From NCBI GenBank assembly GCA_964016885.1, contig OZ024741.1, positions 16,430,001-16,494,000 on the forward strand: DNA of 64,000 nt. Reading direction: 5' to 3'. The stretch is from Eledone cirrhosa. Taxonomy: Eukaryota. The translations under genes and the position numbers were made by a program. Shown in pieces: positions 13,301 to 25,300 of this stretch. Below the pieces are notes generated by a model. It was not told the DNA's origin. It ran no database searches and saw only the letters and a program-made list of their open reading frames with translations. Position 1 is the first letter of the stretch; every line of letters starts with the position of its first letter.

Positions 13301-16300
13301 TAGAGAGAAGGAGGTTATAATATATAGAGAGCGGGGGTTATAATATAGAGAAAGGGATGGGTTATAATATATAGAGAGAAGCGGGTTATAATATATAGTG
13401 AAGGGGGTTATATTATAGAGAAAGGAATGGGTTATAATATATAGAGAGAGGGGGTTATAATATAGAGAAAGGGATGGGTTATAATATATAGAGAGAAGGG
13501 GTTATAATATAGAAAAGGGGATGGGTTATAATATATAAAGAAAGGGATCGGTTATAATATATAGAGAGAAGGGGTTATAATATAGAGAAGGGGATGGGTT
13601 ATAATATATAGAGAGAGGGTGTTATAATATAGAGAAAGGGATGGGTTATAATATATAAAGAGAAGGGGGTTATAATATAGAGAAAGGGATGGGTTATAAT
13701 ATAGAGAGAGAAGGGGTTATAATATAGAGAAAGGGATGCGTTATAATATATAGAGAGGGGGTGTTATAATATAGAGAAAGGGATGGGTTATAATATATGA
13801 CGAGAGGGGGTTATAATATATAGAGAGAATGGGGTTATAATATATAGAAGGCGAAGGGTTATAATATATAAAGAGAAGGGGGTTATAATATAGAGAAAGG
13901 GATGGGTTATAATATATAGAGAGAAGGGGGTTATAATATAGAGAGAGGGATGGGTTATAATATATGACGAGAGGGTGTTATAATATATAGAGAGAATGGG
14001 GTTATAATATACAGAAGGCGAAGGGTTATAATATATAAAGAGAAGGGGGTTATAATATAGAGAAAGGGATGGGTTATAATATATAGAGAGAAGGGGGTTA
14101 TAATATAGAGAAAGGCATGGGTTATAATATAGAGAAAGGGATGGGTTGTAATATATAGAGAGAAGGGGGTTATGATATAAAGAAGGAGATGGGTTATTAT
14201 ATATAGAGAGAAGGGGTTATAATATAGAGAAAGGGATGGATTATAATATAGAGAAAGGGATGAGTTATAATATATAGATAGAAGGTGGTTATAATATAGA
14301 GAAAGGTGTGGGTTATAATATATAGAGAGAAGCGGGTTATAATATATAGCGAGAGGGGGTTATAATTTCGAGAAAGGAATGGGTTATAATATATAGAGAG
14401 AAGGGGTTATAATATAGAAAAGGGGATGGGTTATAATATATAGAGGGAGGGTGTCATAATATAGAGAAAGGGATGGGTTATAATATATGAAGAGAAGGGG
14501 GTTATAATATAGAGAAAGGGATGGGTTATAATATAGAGAGAGAAGGGGTTATAATATATAGAGAGAGGGTGTTATAATATAGAGAAAGGGATGGGTTATA
14601 ATATATAGACAGAAGGGGGTTATAATATAGAGAAAGGGATGGGTTATAATATATAGGCAGAGGGTGTTATAATATAGAGAAAGGGATGGGTTATAATATA
14701 TAGAGAGAAGGGGGTTATCATATAGAGAGAGGGATGGGTTATAATATATGACGAGAGGGAGTTATAATATATAGTGAGAAGGGGGTTATAATATAGAGAA
14801 AGGGGTGGGTTATAATATATAAAGAGAAGGGGGTTATAATATAGAGAAGGGGATCGGTTATAATATATGACGAGAGGGGGTTATCATATAGAGAGAGGGA
14901 TGGGTTATAATATATAGTGAGAAGGGGGTTATAATATAGAGAAAGGGGTGGGTTATAATATATAGAGAAAAGGGGGTTATAATATATAGAGAGTGGGGTT
15001 TATTATATAGAGAAGGGGATGGGTTATAATATATAGAGAGAAGGGGTTATAATATAGAGAAAGAGATGGGTTATAATATATAGAGAGAAGGAGGTTATAA
15101 TATAGAGAAAGGGATGCATTATAATATATAAAGAGAAGGGGTTATATCATAGAGAAATATATAAAGAGAAGGGGTTATAATATAGAGAAATGGAGGGGTT
15201 ATAATATATAAAGAGAAGGGGTTATAATATAGAGAATGGGATGGATTATAATATATAAAGAGAAGGGGTTATAATATAGAGAAAGGGTTGGGGTATAATA
15301 TATAGAGAGAGGAGATTATAATATAGAGAAAGGGATGGGTTATAATATATAGAGAGAAGGGGGTTATAATATAGAGAAAGGGATGGGTTATAATATAGAG
15401 AAACGGATGGGTTGTAATATATAGAGAGAAGGGGTTACAATATAGAGAAAGGGATGGGTTATAATATTTAGAGAGAAGGGGTTACAATATAGAGAAAGGA
15501 ATGGGTTATAATATATAAAGAGAAGGGGCTTATTATATAGAGAAAGGGATGGGTTATAATATATAGAGAGGGGGTTATAATAAACAGAAAGGGATGGGTT
15601 ATGATATATAGAGAGAAGGGGTTATAATATAGAGAAGGGGATGGGTTATAATATATAAAGAGAGGGGTTATAATATAGAGAAAGAGATGGATTATAATAT
15701 AGAGAAAGGGATGGGTTATAATATATGGAGAGAAGGGGTTATAATATAGAGAAAGGGATGGGGTATAATATATAGAGAGAAGGAGGTTATAATATAGAGA
15801 AAGGGATGGATTATAATATATAGAGACAAGGGGTTATAATATAGAGAAATGGATGGGTTATAATATATAGAGAGAAGGGGGTTATAATATAGAGAAAGGG
15901 ATGGGTTATAATATATAGAGAGAATGGGGTTATAATATAGAGAAGGCGATGGGTTATAATATATAAAGAGAAGGGGGTTATAATATAGAGAAAGGGATAG
16001 GTTATAATATATAGAGAGAAGGGGGTTATAATATAGAGAAAGGCATGGGTTATAATATATAAAGAGAAGGGGTTATATCATAGAGAAACAGGTAGGGTAT
16101 AATATATAAAGAGAAGGGGTTATAATATAGAGAAAGAGATGGATTATAATATAGAGAAAGGGATGGGTTATAATATATGGAGAGAAGGGGTTATAATATA
16201 GAGAAAGGGATGGGGTATAATATATAGAGAGAAGGAGGTTATAATATAGAGAAAGGGATGGATTATAATATATAGAGACAAGGGGTTATAATATAGAGAA

Positions 16301-18595
16301 ATGGATGGGTTATAATATATAGAGAGAAGGGGGTTATAATATAGAGAAAGGGATGGGTTATAATATATAGAGAGAATGGGGTTATAATATAGAGAAGGCG
16401 ATGGGTTATAATATATAAAGAGAAGGGGGTTATAATATAGAGAAAGGGATAGGTTATAATATATAGAGAGAAGGGGGTTATAATATAGAGAAAGGCATGG
16501 GTTATAATATATAAAGAGAAGGGGTTATATCATAGAGAAACAGGTAGGGTATAATATATAAAGAGAAGGGGTTATAATATAGAGAAATGGAGGGGTTATA
16601 ATATATAAAGAGAAGGGGTTATAATATAGAGAATGGGATGGATTATAATATATAAAGAGAAGGGGTTATAATATAGAGAAAGGGTTGGGGTATAATATAT
16701 AGAGAGAGGAGATTATAATATAGAGAAAGGGATGGGTTATAATATATAGAGAGAAGGGGGTTATAATATAGAGAAAGGGATGGGTTATAATATAGAGAAA
16801 CGGATGGGTTGTAATATATAGAGAGAAGGGGTTACAATATAGAGAAAGGGATGGGTTATAATATTTAGAGAGAAGGGGTTACAATATAGAGAAAGGAATG
16901 GGTTATAATATATAAAGAGAAGGGGCTTATTATATAGAGAAAGGGATGGGTTATAATATATAGAGAGGGGGTTATAATAAACAGAAAGGGATGGGTTATG
17001 ATATATAGAGAGAAGGGGTTATAATATAGAGAAGGGGATGGGTTATAATATATAAAGAGAGGGGTTATAATATAGAGAAAGAGATGGATTATAATATAGA
17101 GAAAGGGATGGGTTATAATATATGGAGAGAAGGGGTTATAATATAGAGAAAGGGATGGGGTATAATATATAGAGAGAAGGAGGTTATAATATAGAGAAAG
17201 GGATGGATTATAATATATAGAGACAAGGGGTTATAATATAGAGAAATGGATGGGTTATAATATATAGAGAGAAGGGGGTTATAATATAGAGAAAGGGATG
17301 GGTTATAATATATAGAGAGAATGGGGTTATAATATAGAGAAGGCGATGGGTTATAATATATAAAGAGAAGGGGGTTATAATATAGAGAAAGGGATAGGTT
17401 ATAATATATAGAGAGAAGGGGGTTATAATATAGAGAAAGGCATGGGTTATAATATAGAGAAAGGGATGGGTTGTAATATATAGAGAGAAGGGGGTTATAA
17501 TATAAAGAAGGGGATCGGTTATTATATATAGAGAGAAGGGTTTATAATATAGAGAAAGGGATGGATTATAATATAGAGAAAGGGATGGGTTATAACATAT
17601 AGATAGAAGGTGGTTATAATATAGAGAAAGGGGTGGGTTATAATATATAGAGAGAAGGGGGTTATATTATAGAGAGAAGAGGGTTATAATATATAGAGAG
17701 AAGGAGGTTATAATATATAGAGAGCGGGGGTTATAATGTAGAGAAAGGGATGGGTTATAATATATAGGCAGAGGGTGTTATAATATAGAGAAAGGGATGG
17801 GTTATAATATATAGAGAGAAGGGGGTTATATTATAGAGAGAGGGATGGGTTATAATATATGACGAGAGGGGGTTATAATATATAGAGAGAAGGGGGTTAT
17901 AATATAGAGAAAGGGATGGGTTATAATATATAAAGAGAAGGGGTTATAATATAGAGAAAGGGATGGGTTATAATATATAGAGAGTAGGGGGTTATAATAT
18001 AGAGAAAGGGATGTGTTATAATATAGAGAAAGGGATGGGTTGTAATATATAGAGAGAAGGGGGTTATAATATAGAGAAAGGGATGGGTTATAATATAGAG
18101 AAGTGGATGGATTATAATGTATAGAGAGAAGAGGTTACAATATAGAGAAAGGAATGGGTTATAATATATAGAGAGAAGGGGGTTATATTATAGAGAAAGA
18201 GATGGGTTATAATATAGAGAAAGGGATGGATTATAATATATAGAGAGAAGGTGGTTATAATATATAGAGAGAGGGGGTTATAACATAGAGAAAGGGATGG
18301 GTTATAATATATAGAGAGAAAGGGGTTATAATATATAGCGAGAGGGGGTTATAATATAGAGAAAGGAATGGGTTATAATATATATAGAGAGAAGGGGGTT
18401 ATAATATAGAGAAAGGGATGGGTTATAATATATAGAGAGTGTGGGTTATAATATAGAGAAAGGAGGGTTAAATATATATATAGAGAGAGAGATGGGTGTT
18501 ATAATATATAGAGAGGGTGGTTTTAATATATAGAGCAAGGGATGGGTTTATATATATAGAGAGGGGGTTTTAATATATTTAGAGAGAGGGGATTA
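4305..18595. repeat. GA-rich satellite, alternating ~21-23 bp units (GGGTTATAATATAGAGAAAGGGAT / GGGTTATAATATATAGAGAGAAGG), ~14 kb
   Basis: Direct tandem repetition. Almost C-free on the + strand, with degenerate edges and one interruption at 8400-8918. Confidence 0.98.
8400..8918 (-). mobile_element. 5'-truncated L1/Tx1-like LINE 3' end inserted in the satellite
   Basis: The minus strand reads FKNEGEAVFLCVIAMAKEVVWWTRLKG..*LVRFFRYHFGRRIRMERE..FYERW..*, then a T-rich 3' UTR, AATAAA and a short A tail at ~8400. Confidence 0.7.
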
Positions 18596-18629
18596 TCCAT
18601 GAACCTTTTGACAGGTCTAGCTAGTAATA

Positions 18630-18760
18630 ATAACTGTTTCTACATCAGGCACAAGGCCAGCAATTTGAAGGGGAGGGGAAAGTTGATTAAAGTGATTCCC
18701 AGTACATTTCTGGTACATTATTTTATCGACCTTGTAAGGATGAAAGGCAAAGTTAACCTA
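18630..18760 (-). mobile_element. SINE family A fragment
   Basis: GGCACAAGGCCAGCAATT..CTGGTAC..TTTTATCGACC..AAGGATGAAAGGCAAAGTTAACC. Confidence 0.8.
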
Positions 18761-20034
18761 ACAATAATAGTTGATACCAAAGAAATTAGAGAAGCTGGAA
18801 GAACTTTGAATACAACCTAACATTTCCTGCCTGAAAAAATTAGCTCTTCTTGGCTCAGTCCATATCCTACGAAAGGTACTGACTATCTGAGGTCACCAGG
18901 CTTGATGGTCAGTTTGTTTACATCTCTCAGGTGAAAAACATGATGCAGAAGAAAAATAATAATAATAATAATAATTTCCTTATTAACCACAAAGGAAAAC
19001 CATTATGACAGTACAGGGTGAAAACATTGCGAGTGTGTTGGTGTGTGGCTTTTGCAAGTAAATAAATGTTAACTGATAATAATAATAATAATAATAAAAA
19101 CACTGGAAGGCCTTACTCAAAACTTTCATCTTAATCTTCAGTACTGTCCTGTTTTTTCTTCATAAAGTCACCCTTAGATATTTCTTTATCATGTGTTACA
19201 AATAACTTTACTATATCTTCATTAACCTTTTACATACCAAACTGCCTTAATCTGCCTCTATTTCTATGACACTAAGCTGTTTATCTTTAGTGTTTATATT
19301 TATCTAAAAAATTCCATTGTAATTTCATCTACGGGGGGGTGTTATTGTATAGTTCAAACAATCTCTACATAGAAATTAGCTTTCATAATAGAACTCTAGT
19401 TTTATAACATGGTAACTGGCTGACTAATGCACAATCTATTTCACCAGATATTTTCACATATCAGTTAAATACAATTTAATTTTTTATTTTAGTTTTTAGT
19501 ATTTAAAGTATTTAGTATTTTTAGTATTTCAAAAAAAATTATATTTTCATGAAATAGGTGGTCACACATAGACAAGTACCCCAGTTAGACAACCCTCAAC
19601 AGTCACGAAGGGCATAGACAACTTAATGAACGCTCTAGAGCCACATCTAATGAAATCTATAAGTCCACACGGGGAATGTATCATATTTAATGAATCCTTT
19701 ATGGCCTTACCAGTATCTAATGGACTTTAGGTTGATGTGAAAAGTGTACCACTTTCAATGCTTTCTCTACGTCCACACCAGGAACATGTCACATTTAATA
19801 ATCCTATTGTTACACTGATGGACATAGAACAATTAATGAACTGTCAGTGGACACTGAAAAGAACTTTGTTGTCCTGTTAATGGTTTATGACTTTGACATG
19901 AGGCCAACAATGTGGTGGGAGGGGAAAGTCAATTAAATTGACACCAGTGCATTACTTGTATTTTATTTTATCAACCTTTTAATGACCATTCAATGGCAGC
20001 TCCATGTGTGTAGGTTATCTATGAAGCCTCAAAA

Positions 20035-20165
20035 ATAATTGTTTCTACTTTTTTGGCACAAGGCCAGCAAATACCCAGTGCATTACTGGTACTTTATTTT
20101 ATCGACCACGTAAAGATGAAAGGCAAAGTTAACCTCGGCGGGATTTGAACTCAGATCATACAAGG
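20035..20165 (-). mobile_element. SINE family A (another partial copy at ~19900-19980)
   Basis: GGCACAAGGCCAGC..CTGGTACTTTATTTTATCGAC..GGCGGGATTTGAACTCAG. Confidence 0.85.
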
Positions 20166-20529
20166 AGGTAACTCTATGCTTCAAAAATGAAGCCTCAAAA
20201 ATAATGTTGGGTGACATTGTGTGAGTGTAAGCTAGTGAATGAACCATTTACGTTGAGATTTGTGTATGTAGGTTACATAAGAAAACATCTACAGCCCTGC
20301 TGAGAGAAGTAGGTCAACTGACAACCTATACAGCCATTGAGCTGGTGACCTGAATCAGTTAATGTACTCTTTCAGGATGTGCTGGGGATTTACTCCACAT
20401 CATTAAACTCTGTATTGCTGCCCTGGAATGAGGGCTACTTAGTGAATACCATACAGTCAAATAAAGTTAGTGACTTAAGCCATTGTCTGAATCCACTACC
20501 ATCACACTCACCACATATTGAACTATCTA

Positions 20530-21418
20530 TGACCTCACACTGTAGTGTAGGTCTGTCTATAGCCTCCTTGACCACACTGTAGTGTAGGTCTGTCAATAGT
20601 CTCACTGACCACACTGTAGTGTAGGTCTGTCAATAGTCTCTCTGACCACACTGTAGTGTAGGTCTGTCAAGAGCCTCTCTGACCACACTGTAGTGTAGGT
20701 CTGTCAATAACCTCTCTGACCACACTGTAGAGTAGGTCTATTAATAGTCTCTCTGACCACACTGTAGTGTAAGTCTGTTAATAGTCTGTGACCACACTGT
20801 AGTGTAGGTCTGTCAATAACCTCACTGACCACACTGTAGTGTAGGTCTGTCAATAACCTCTCTGACCACACTGTAGTGTAGGTCTATTAATAGTCTCTAT
20901 GACCACACTGTAGTGTAGGTCTATTAATAGTCTCTATGACCACACTGTAGTGTAGGTCTGTTAATAACCTCTCTGACCACACTGTAGTGTAGGTCTGTTA
21001 ATAATCTCTCTGACCACACTGTAGTGTAGGCCTGTCAATAACCTCTCTGACCACACTAGTGTAGGTCTGTCAATAACCTCTCTGACCACACTGTAGTGTA
21101 GGTCTGTCAAGAGCCTCTCTGACCACACTGTAGTGTAGGTCTGTCAATAACCTCTCTGACCACACTGTAGTGTAGGTCTGTCAATAAACTCCCTGACCAC
21201 ACTGTAGAGTAGGTCTATTAATAGTCTCTGACCACACTGTAGTGTAAGTCTGTTAATAGTCTCTGACCACACTGTAGTGTAGGTCTGTCAATAAACTCTC
21301 TGACCACACTGTAGTGTAGGTCTGTCAATAACCTCTATGACCACACTTTAGTGTAGGTCTGTTAATAGTCTCTCTGACCACACTTTAGTGTAGGTCTATT
21401 AATAGTCTCTATGACCAT
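20530..21418. repeat. 37 bp minisatellite (~24 units) with internal hairpin GACC-ACAC-tgta-GTGT-a-GGTC
   Basis: Unit GACCACACTGTAGTGTAGGTCTGTCAATAACCTCTCT, period 37 (20570, 20607...). Confidence 0.95.
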
Positions 21419-21794
21419 GCCAATGGGTTTACACCCTCTCAATGAGCCCTCGATAGATACGCTGTGTGACGTTGGCTATATAAAGGACCCTCTTCGTCCA
21501 CACTGGGTTTATAAGTAATATAATGACAGATTACTAGGTGATGTAGGTAAACTAATGATACTTCTGCAGCCATGGAGATGGTCACCTAGAGAAGTTAATG
21601 TTTGCTTTGTGGCCACATCGTGGTAAGGGTGTACCCTGCTTCATTAAGCTCTCTATTGTCAACTTGGGATGAAGATCGCTTTGTGAATACCGCACAGTCA
21701 AGTAAAGTCGACCCAGTGCTGACATGGTAGGGGTGGGACGCACTCACAATTATCCCTCAATAACCAGGCCGTTGATTATTCTGTTCTTCTTGGA

Positions 21795-21940
21795 GCATAG
21801 AGTTACAGCCCTTTACCGTCTGAGATCAAATCCCGTCGAGGTTAACTTTGCCTTTCATCCTTACGTGGTCGATAAAATAAAGTACCAGTAATGTACTGGG
21901 GTAATTGCAGGCCTTGTGCCAAAAGTAGAAACAATTATTT
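21795..21940 (+). mobile_element. SINE family A
   Basis: GAGATCAAATCCCG..GCCTTTCATCCTTACGTGGTCGATAAAATAAAGTACCAG..GCCTTGTGCC. Confidence 0.85.
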
Positions 21941-22032
21941 AACTTATCCTTCATTTTTTTAAAAAAGACAATAGTGCAACCCAAAGAATATTCGGCAGCT
22001 ATTTCATGCTGAATGTATCCAAGAGGTATATA

Positions 22033-22324
22033 GTGGCACTCCATCAGTTACGACGACCAGTGTTCCACTTGATCCGATCAACAGAACAGCCTGCTTCTGA
22101 AATTGATGTGCAAATGACTGAGCATTCCACAAACAGGCATATCCTTAACGTAGTTCTCAGGGAGATTCAGCGTCACACAGAATGTGACATGGCTAGCCCT
22201 TCGAATTGCAGGTACAACTGACTGGGCTAGAGCAATATGAAAGGACACAAGGCGCCGCCAGAAATGGAACTCACGACCTTACGATCGTCAGCAAAATTCC
22301 CTAACCACAAAGGCACGCAACTTC
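22033..22324 (-). mobile_element. tRNA-derived SINE family B with 14 bp target-site duplication
   Basis: CCAAGAGGTATATA occurs at 22019-22032 and 22325-22338. The minus strand has a tRNA-like head (GTGGTTAGG..GTCGTGAGTTCCATT). Homologous to 51490-51800. Confidence 0.85.
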
Positions 22325-22364
22325 CCAAGAGGTATATAATATTTCAGTTTGTTGTGATACAGAA

Positions 22365-25300
22365 TGACGGGATATCTGGAGGTTCTGCCAGGAGTTGTGT
22401 TATGTAATGACAGGGTATATCTGGAGGTCCTGGGCTAGAATCTCACCTCTGCCAGGAGTTGTGTTATGTAATGACAGGGGATATCTGGAGGTCCTGGGCT
22501 AGAATCTCACCTCTGCCAGGAGTTGTGTTATGTAATGACAGGGGATATCTGGAGGTCCTGGGCTAGAATCTCACCTCCTTCTGCCAGGAGTTGTGTTATG
22601 TAATGACAGGGGATATCTGGAGGTCCTGGGCTAGAATCTCACCTCCTTCTGCCAGGTGTTGTGTTATGTAATGACAGGGTATATCTGGAGGTCCTGGGCT
22701 AGAATGTCACCTCTGCCAGGAGTTGTGTTATGTAATGACAGGGTATATCTGGAGGTCCTGGGCTAGAATGTCACCTCTGCCAGGAGTTGTGTTTGTAATG
22801 ACAAGGTATATCTGGAGGTCCTGGGCTAGAATGTCACCTCTGCCAGGAGTTGTGTTATGTAATGACAGGGGATATCTGGAGGTCCTGGGCTAGAATGTCA
22901 CCTCTGCCAGGAGTTGTGTTATGTAATGACAGGGTATATCTGGAGGTCCTGGACTAGAATGTCACCTCTGCCAGGTGTTGTGTTATGTAATGACAGGGGA
23001 TATCTGGAGGTCCTGGGCTAGAATCTCACCTCCTTCTGCCAGGTGTTGTGTTATGTAATGACAGGGGATATCTGGAGGTCCTGGGCTAGAATCTCACCTC
23101 TGCCAGGAGTTGTGTTATGTAATGACAGGGGATATCTGGAGGTCCTGGGCTAGAATCTCACCTCTGCCAGGTGTTGTGTTATGTAATGACAGGGGATATC
23201 TGGAGGTCCTGGGCTAGAATCTCACCTCTGCCAGGAGTTGTGTTATGTAATGACAGGGGATATCTGGAGGTCCTGGGCTAGAATCTCACCTCTGCCAGGT
23301 GTTGTGTTATGTAATGACAGGGTATATCTGGAGGTCCTGGGCTAGAATGTCACCTCTGCCAGGTGTTGTGTTATGTAATGACAGGGGATATCTGGAGGTC
23401 CTGGGCTAGAATCTCACCTCTGCCAGGAGTTGTGTTATGTAATGACAGGGTATATCTGGGGGTCCTGGGCTAGAATGTCACCTCTGCCAGGTGTTGTGTT
23501 ATGTAATGACAGGGGATATCTGGAGGTCCTGGGCTAGAATCTCACCTCTGCCAGGAGTTGTATTATGTAATGACAGGGGATATCTGGAGGTCCTGGGCTA
23601 GAATCTCACCTCTGCCAGGCGTTGTGTTATGTAATGACAGGGGATATCTGGAGGTCCTGGGCTAGAATCTCACCTCTGCCAGGTGTTGTGTTATGTAATG
23701 ACAGGGGATATCTGGAGGTCCTGGGCTAGAATCTCACCTCTGCCAGGAGTTGTGTTATGTAATGACAGGGTATATCTGGGGGTCCTGGGCTAGAATGTCA
23801 CCTCTGCCAGGTGTTGTGTTATGTAATGACAGGGGATATCTGGAGGTCCTGGGCTAGAATCTCACCTCTGCCAGGTGTTGTGTTATGTAATGACAGGGGA
23901 TATCTGGAGGTCCTGGGCTAGAATCTCACCTCTGCCAGGAGTTGTGTTATGTAATGACAGGGGATATCTGGAGGTCCTGGGCTAGAATCTCACCTCCTTC
24001 TGCCAGGTGTTGTGTTATGTAATGACAGGGGATATCTGGAGGTCCTGGGCTAGAATCTCACCTCTGCCAGGTGTTGTGTTATGTAATGACAGGGGATATC
24101 TGGAGGTCCTGGGCTAGAATCTCACCTCTGCCAGGAGTTGTGTTATGTAATGACAGGGTATATCTGGGGGTCCTGGGCTAGAATGTCACCTCTGCCTGGT
24201 GTTGTGTTATGTAATGACAGGGGATATCTGGAGATCCTGGGCTAGAATCTCACCTCCTTCTGCCAGGTGTTGTGTTATGTAATGACAGGGGATATCTGGA
24301 GGTCCTGGGCTAGAATCTCACCTCCTTCTGCCAGGTGTTGTGTTATGTAATGACAGGGGATATCTGGAGGTCCTGGGCTAGAATGTCACCTCCTTCTGCC
24401 AGGTGTTGTGTTATGTAATGACAGGGGATATCTGGAGGTCCTGGGCTAGAATCTCACCTCCTTCTGCCAGGTGTTGTGTTATGTAATGACAGGGGATATC
24501 TGGAGGTCCTGGGCTAGAATCTCACCTCCTTCTGCCAGGTGTTGTGTTATGTAATGACAGGGGATATCTGGAGGTCCTGGGCTAGAATGTCACCTCCTTC
24601 TGCCAGGTGTTGTGTTATGTAATGACAGGGGATATCTGGAGGTCCTGGGCTAGAATCACACCTCTGCCAGGAGTTGTGTTATGTAATGACAGGGGATATC
24701 TGGAGGTCCTGGGCTAGAATCTCACCTCCTTCTGCCAGGTGTTGTGTTATGTAATGACAGGGGATATCTGGAGGTCCTGGGCTAGAATCTCACCTCTGCC
24801 AGGTGTTGTGTTATGTAATGACAGGGGATATCTGGAGGTCCTGGGCTAGAATGTCACCTCTGCCAGGTGTTGTGTTATGTAATGACAGGGGATATCTGGA
24901 GGTCCTGGGCTAGAATGTCACCTCTGCCAGGTGTTGTGTTATGTAATGACAGGGGATATCTGGAGGTCCTGGGCTAGAATGTCACCTCTGCCAGGTGTTG
25001 TGTTATGTAATGACAGGGGATATCTGGAGGTCCTGGGCTAGAATCTCACCTCTGCCAGGTGTTGTGTTATGTAATGACAGGGGATATCTGGAGGTCCTGG
25101 GCTAGAATCTCACCTCTGCCAGGTGTTGTGTTATGTAATGACAGGGGATATCTGGAGGTCCTGGGCTAGAATCTCACCTCTGCCAGGTGTTGTGTTATGT
25201 AATGACAGGGGATATCTGGAGGTCCTGGGCTAGAATCTCACCTCCTTCTGCCAGGAGTTGTGTTATGTAATAACAGGGGATATCTGGAGGTCCTGGGCTA

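Noticed and set aside
4305-18595. Bacterial -10 promoter boxes (TATAAT) or a true telomere
   Set aside because: TATAAT is simply part of the satellite unit, and there is no contiguous (TTAGGG)n.
20530-21418. CRISPR-like appearance (37 bp palindromic repeats)
   Set aside because: Units are contiguous with no unique spacers, there are no cas genes, and the context is eukaryotic.
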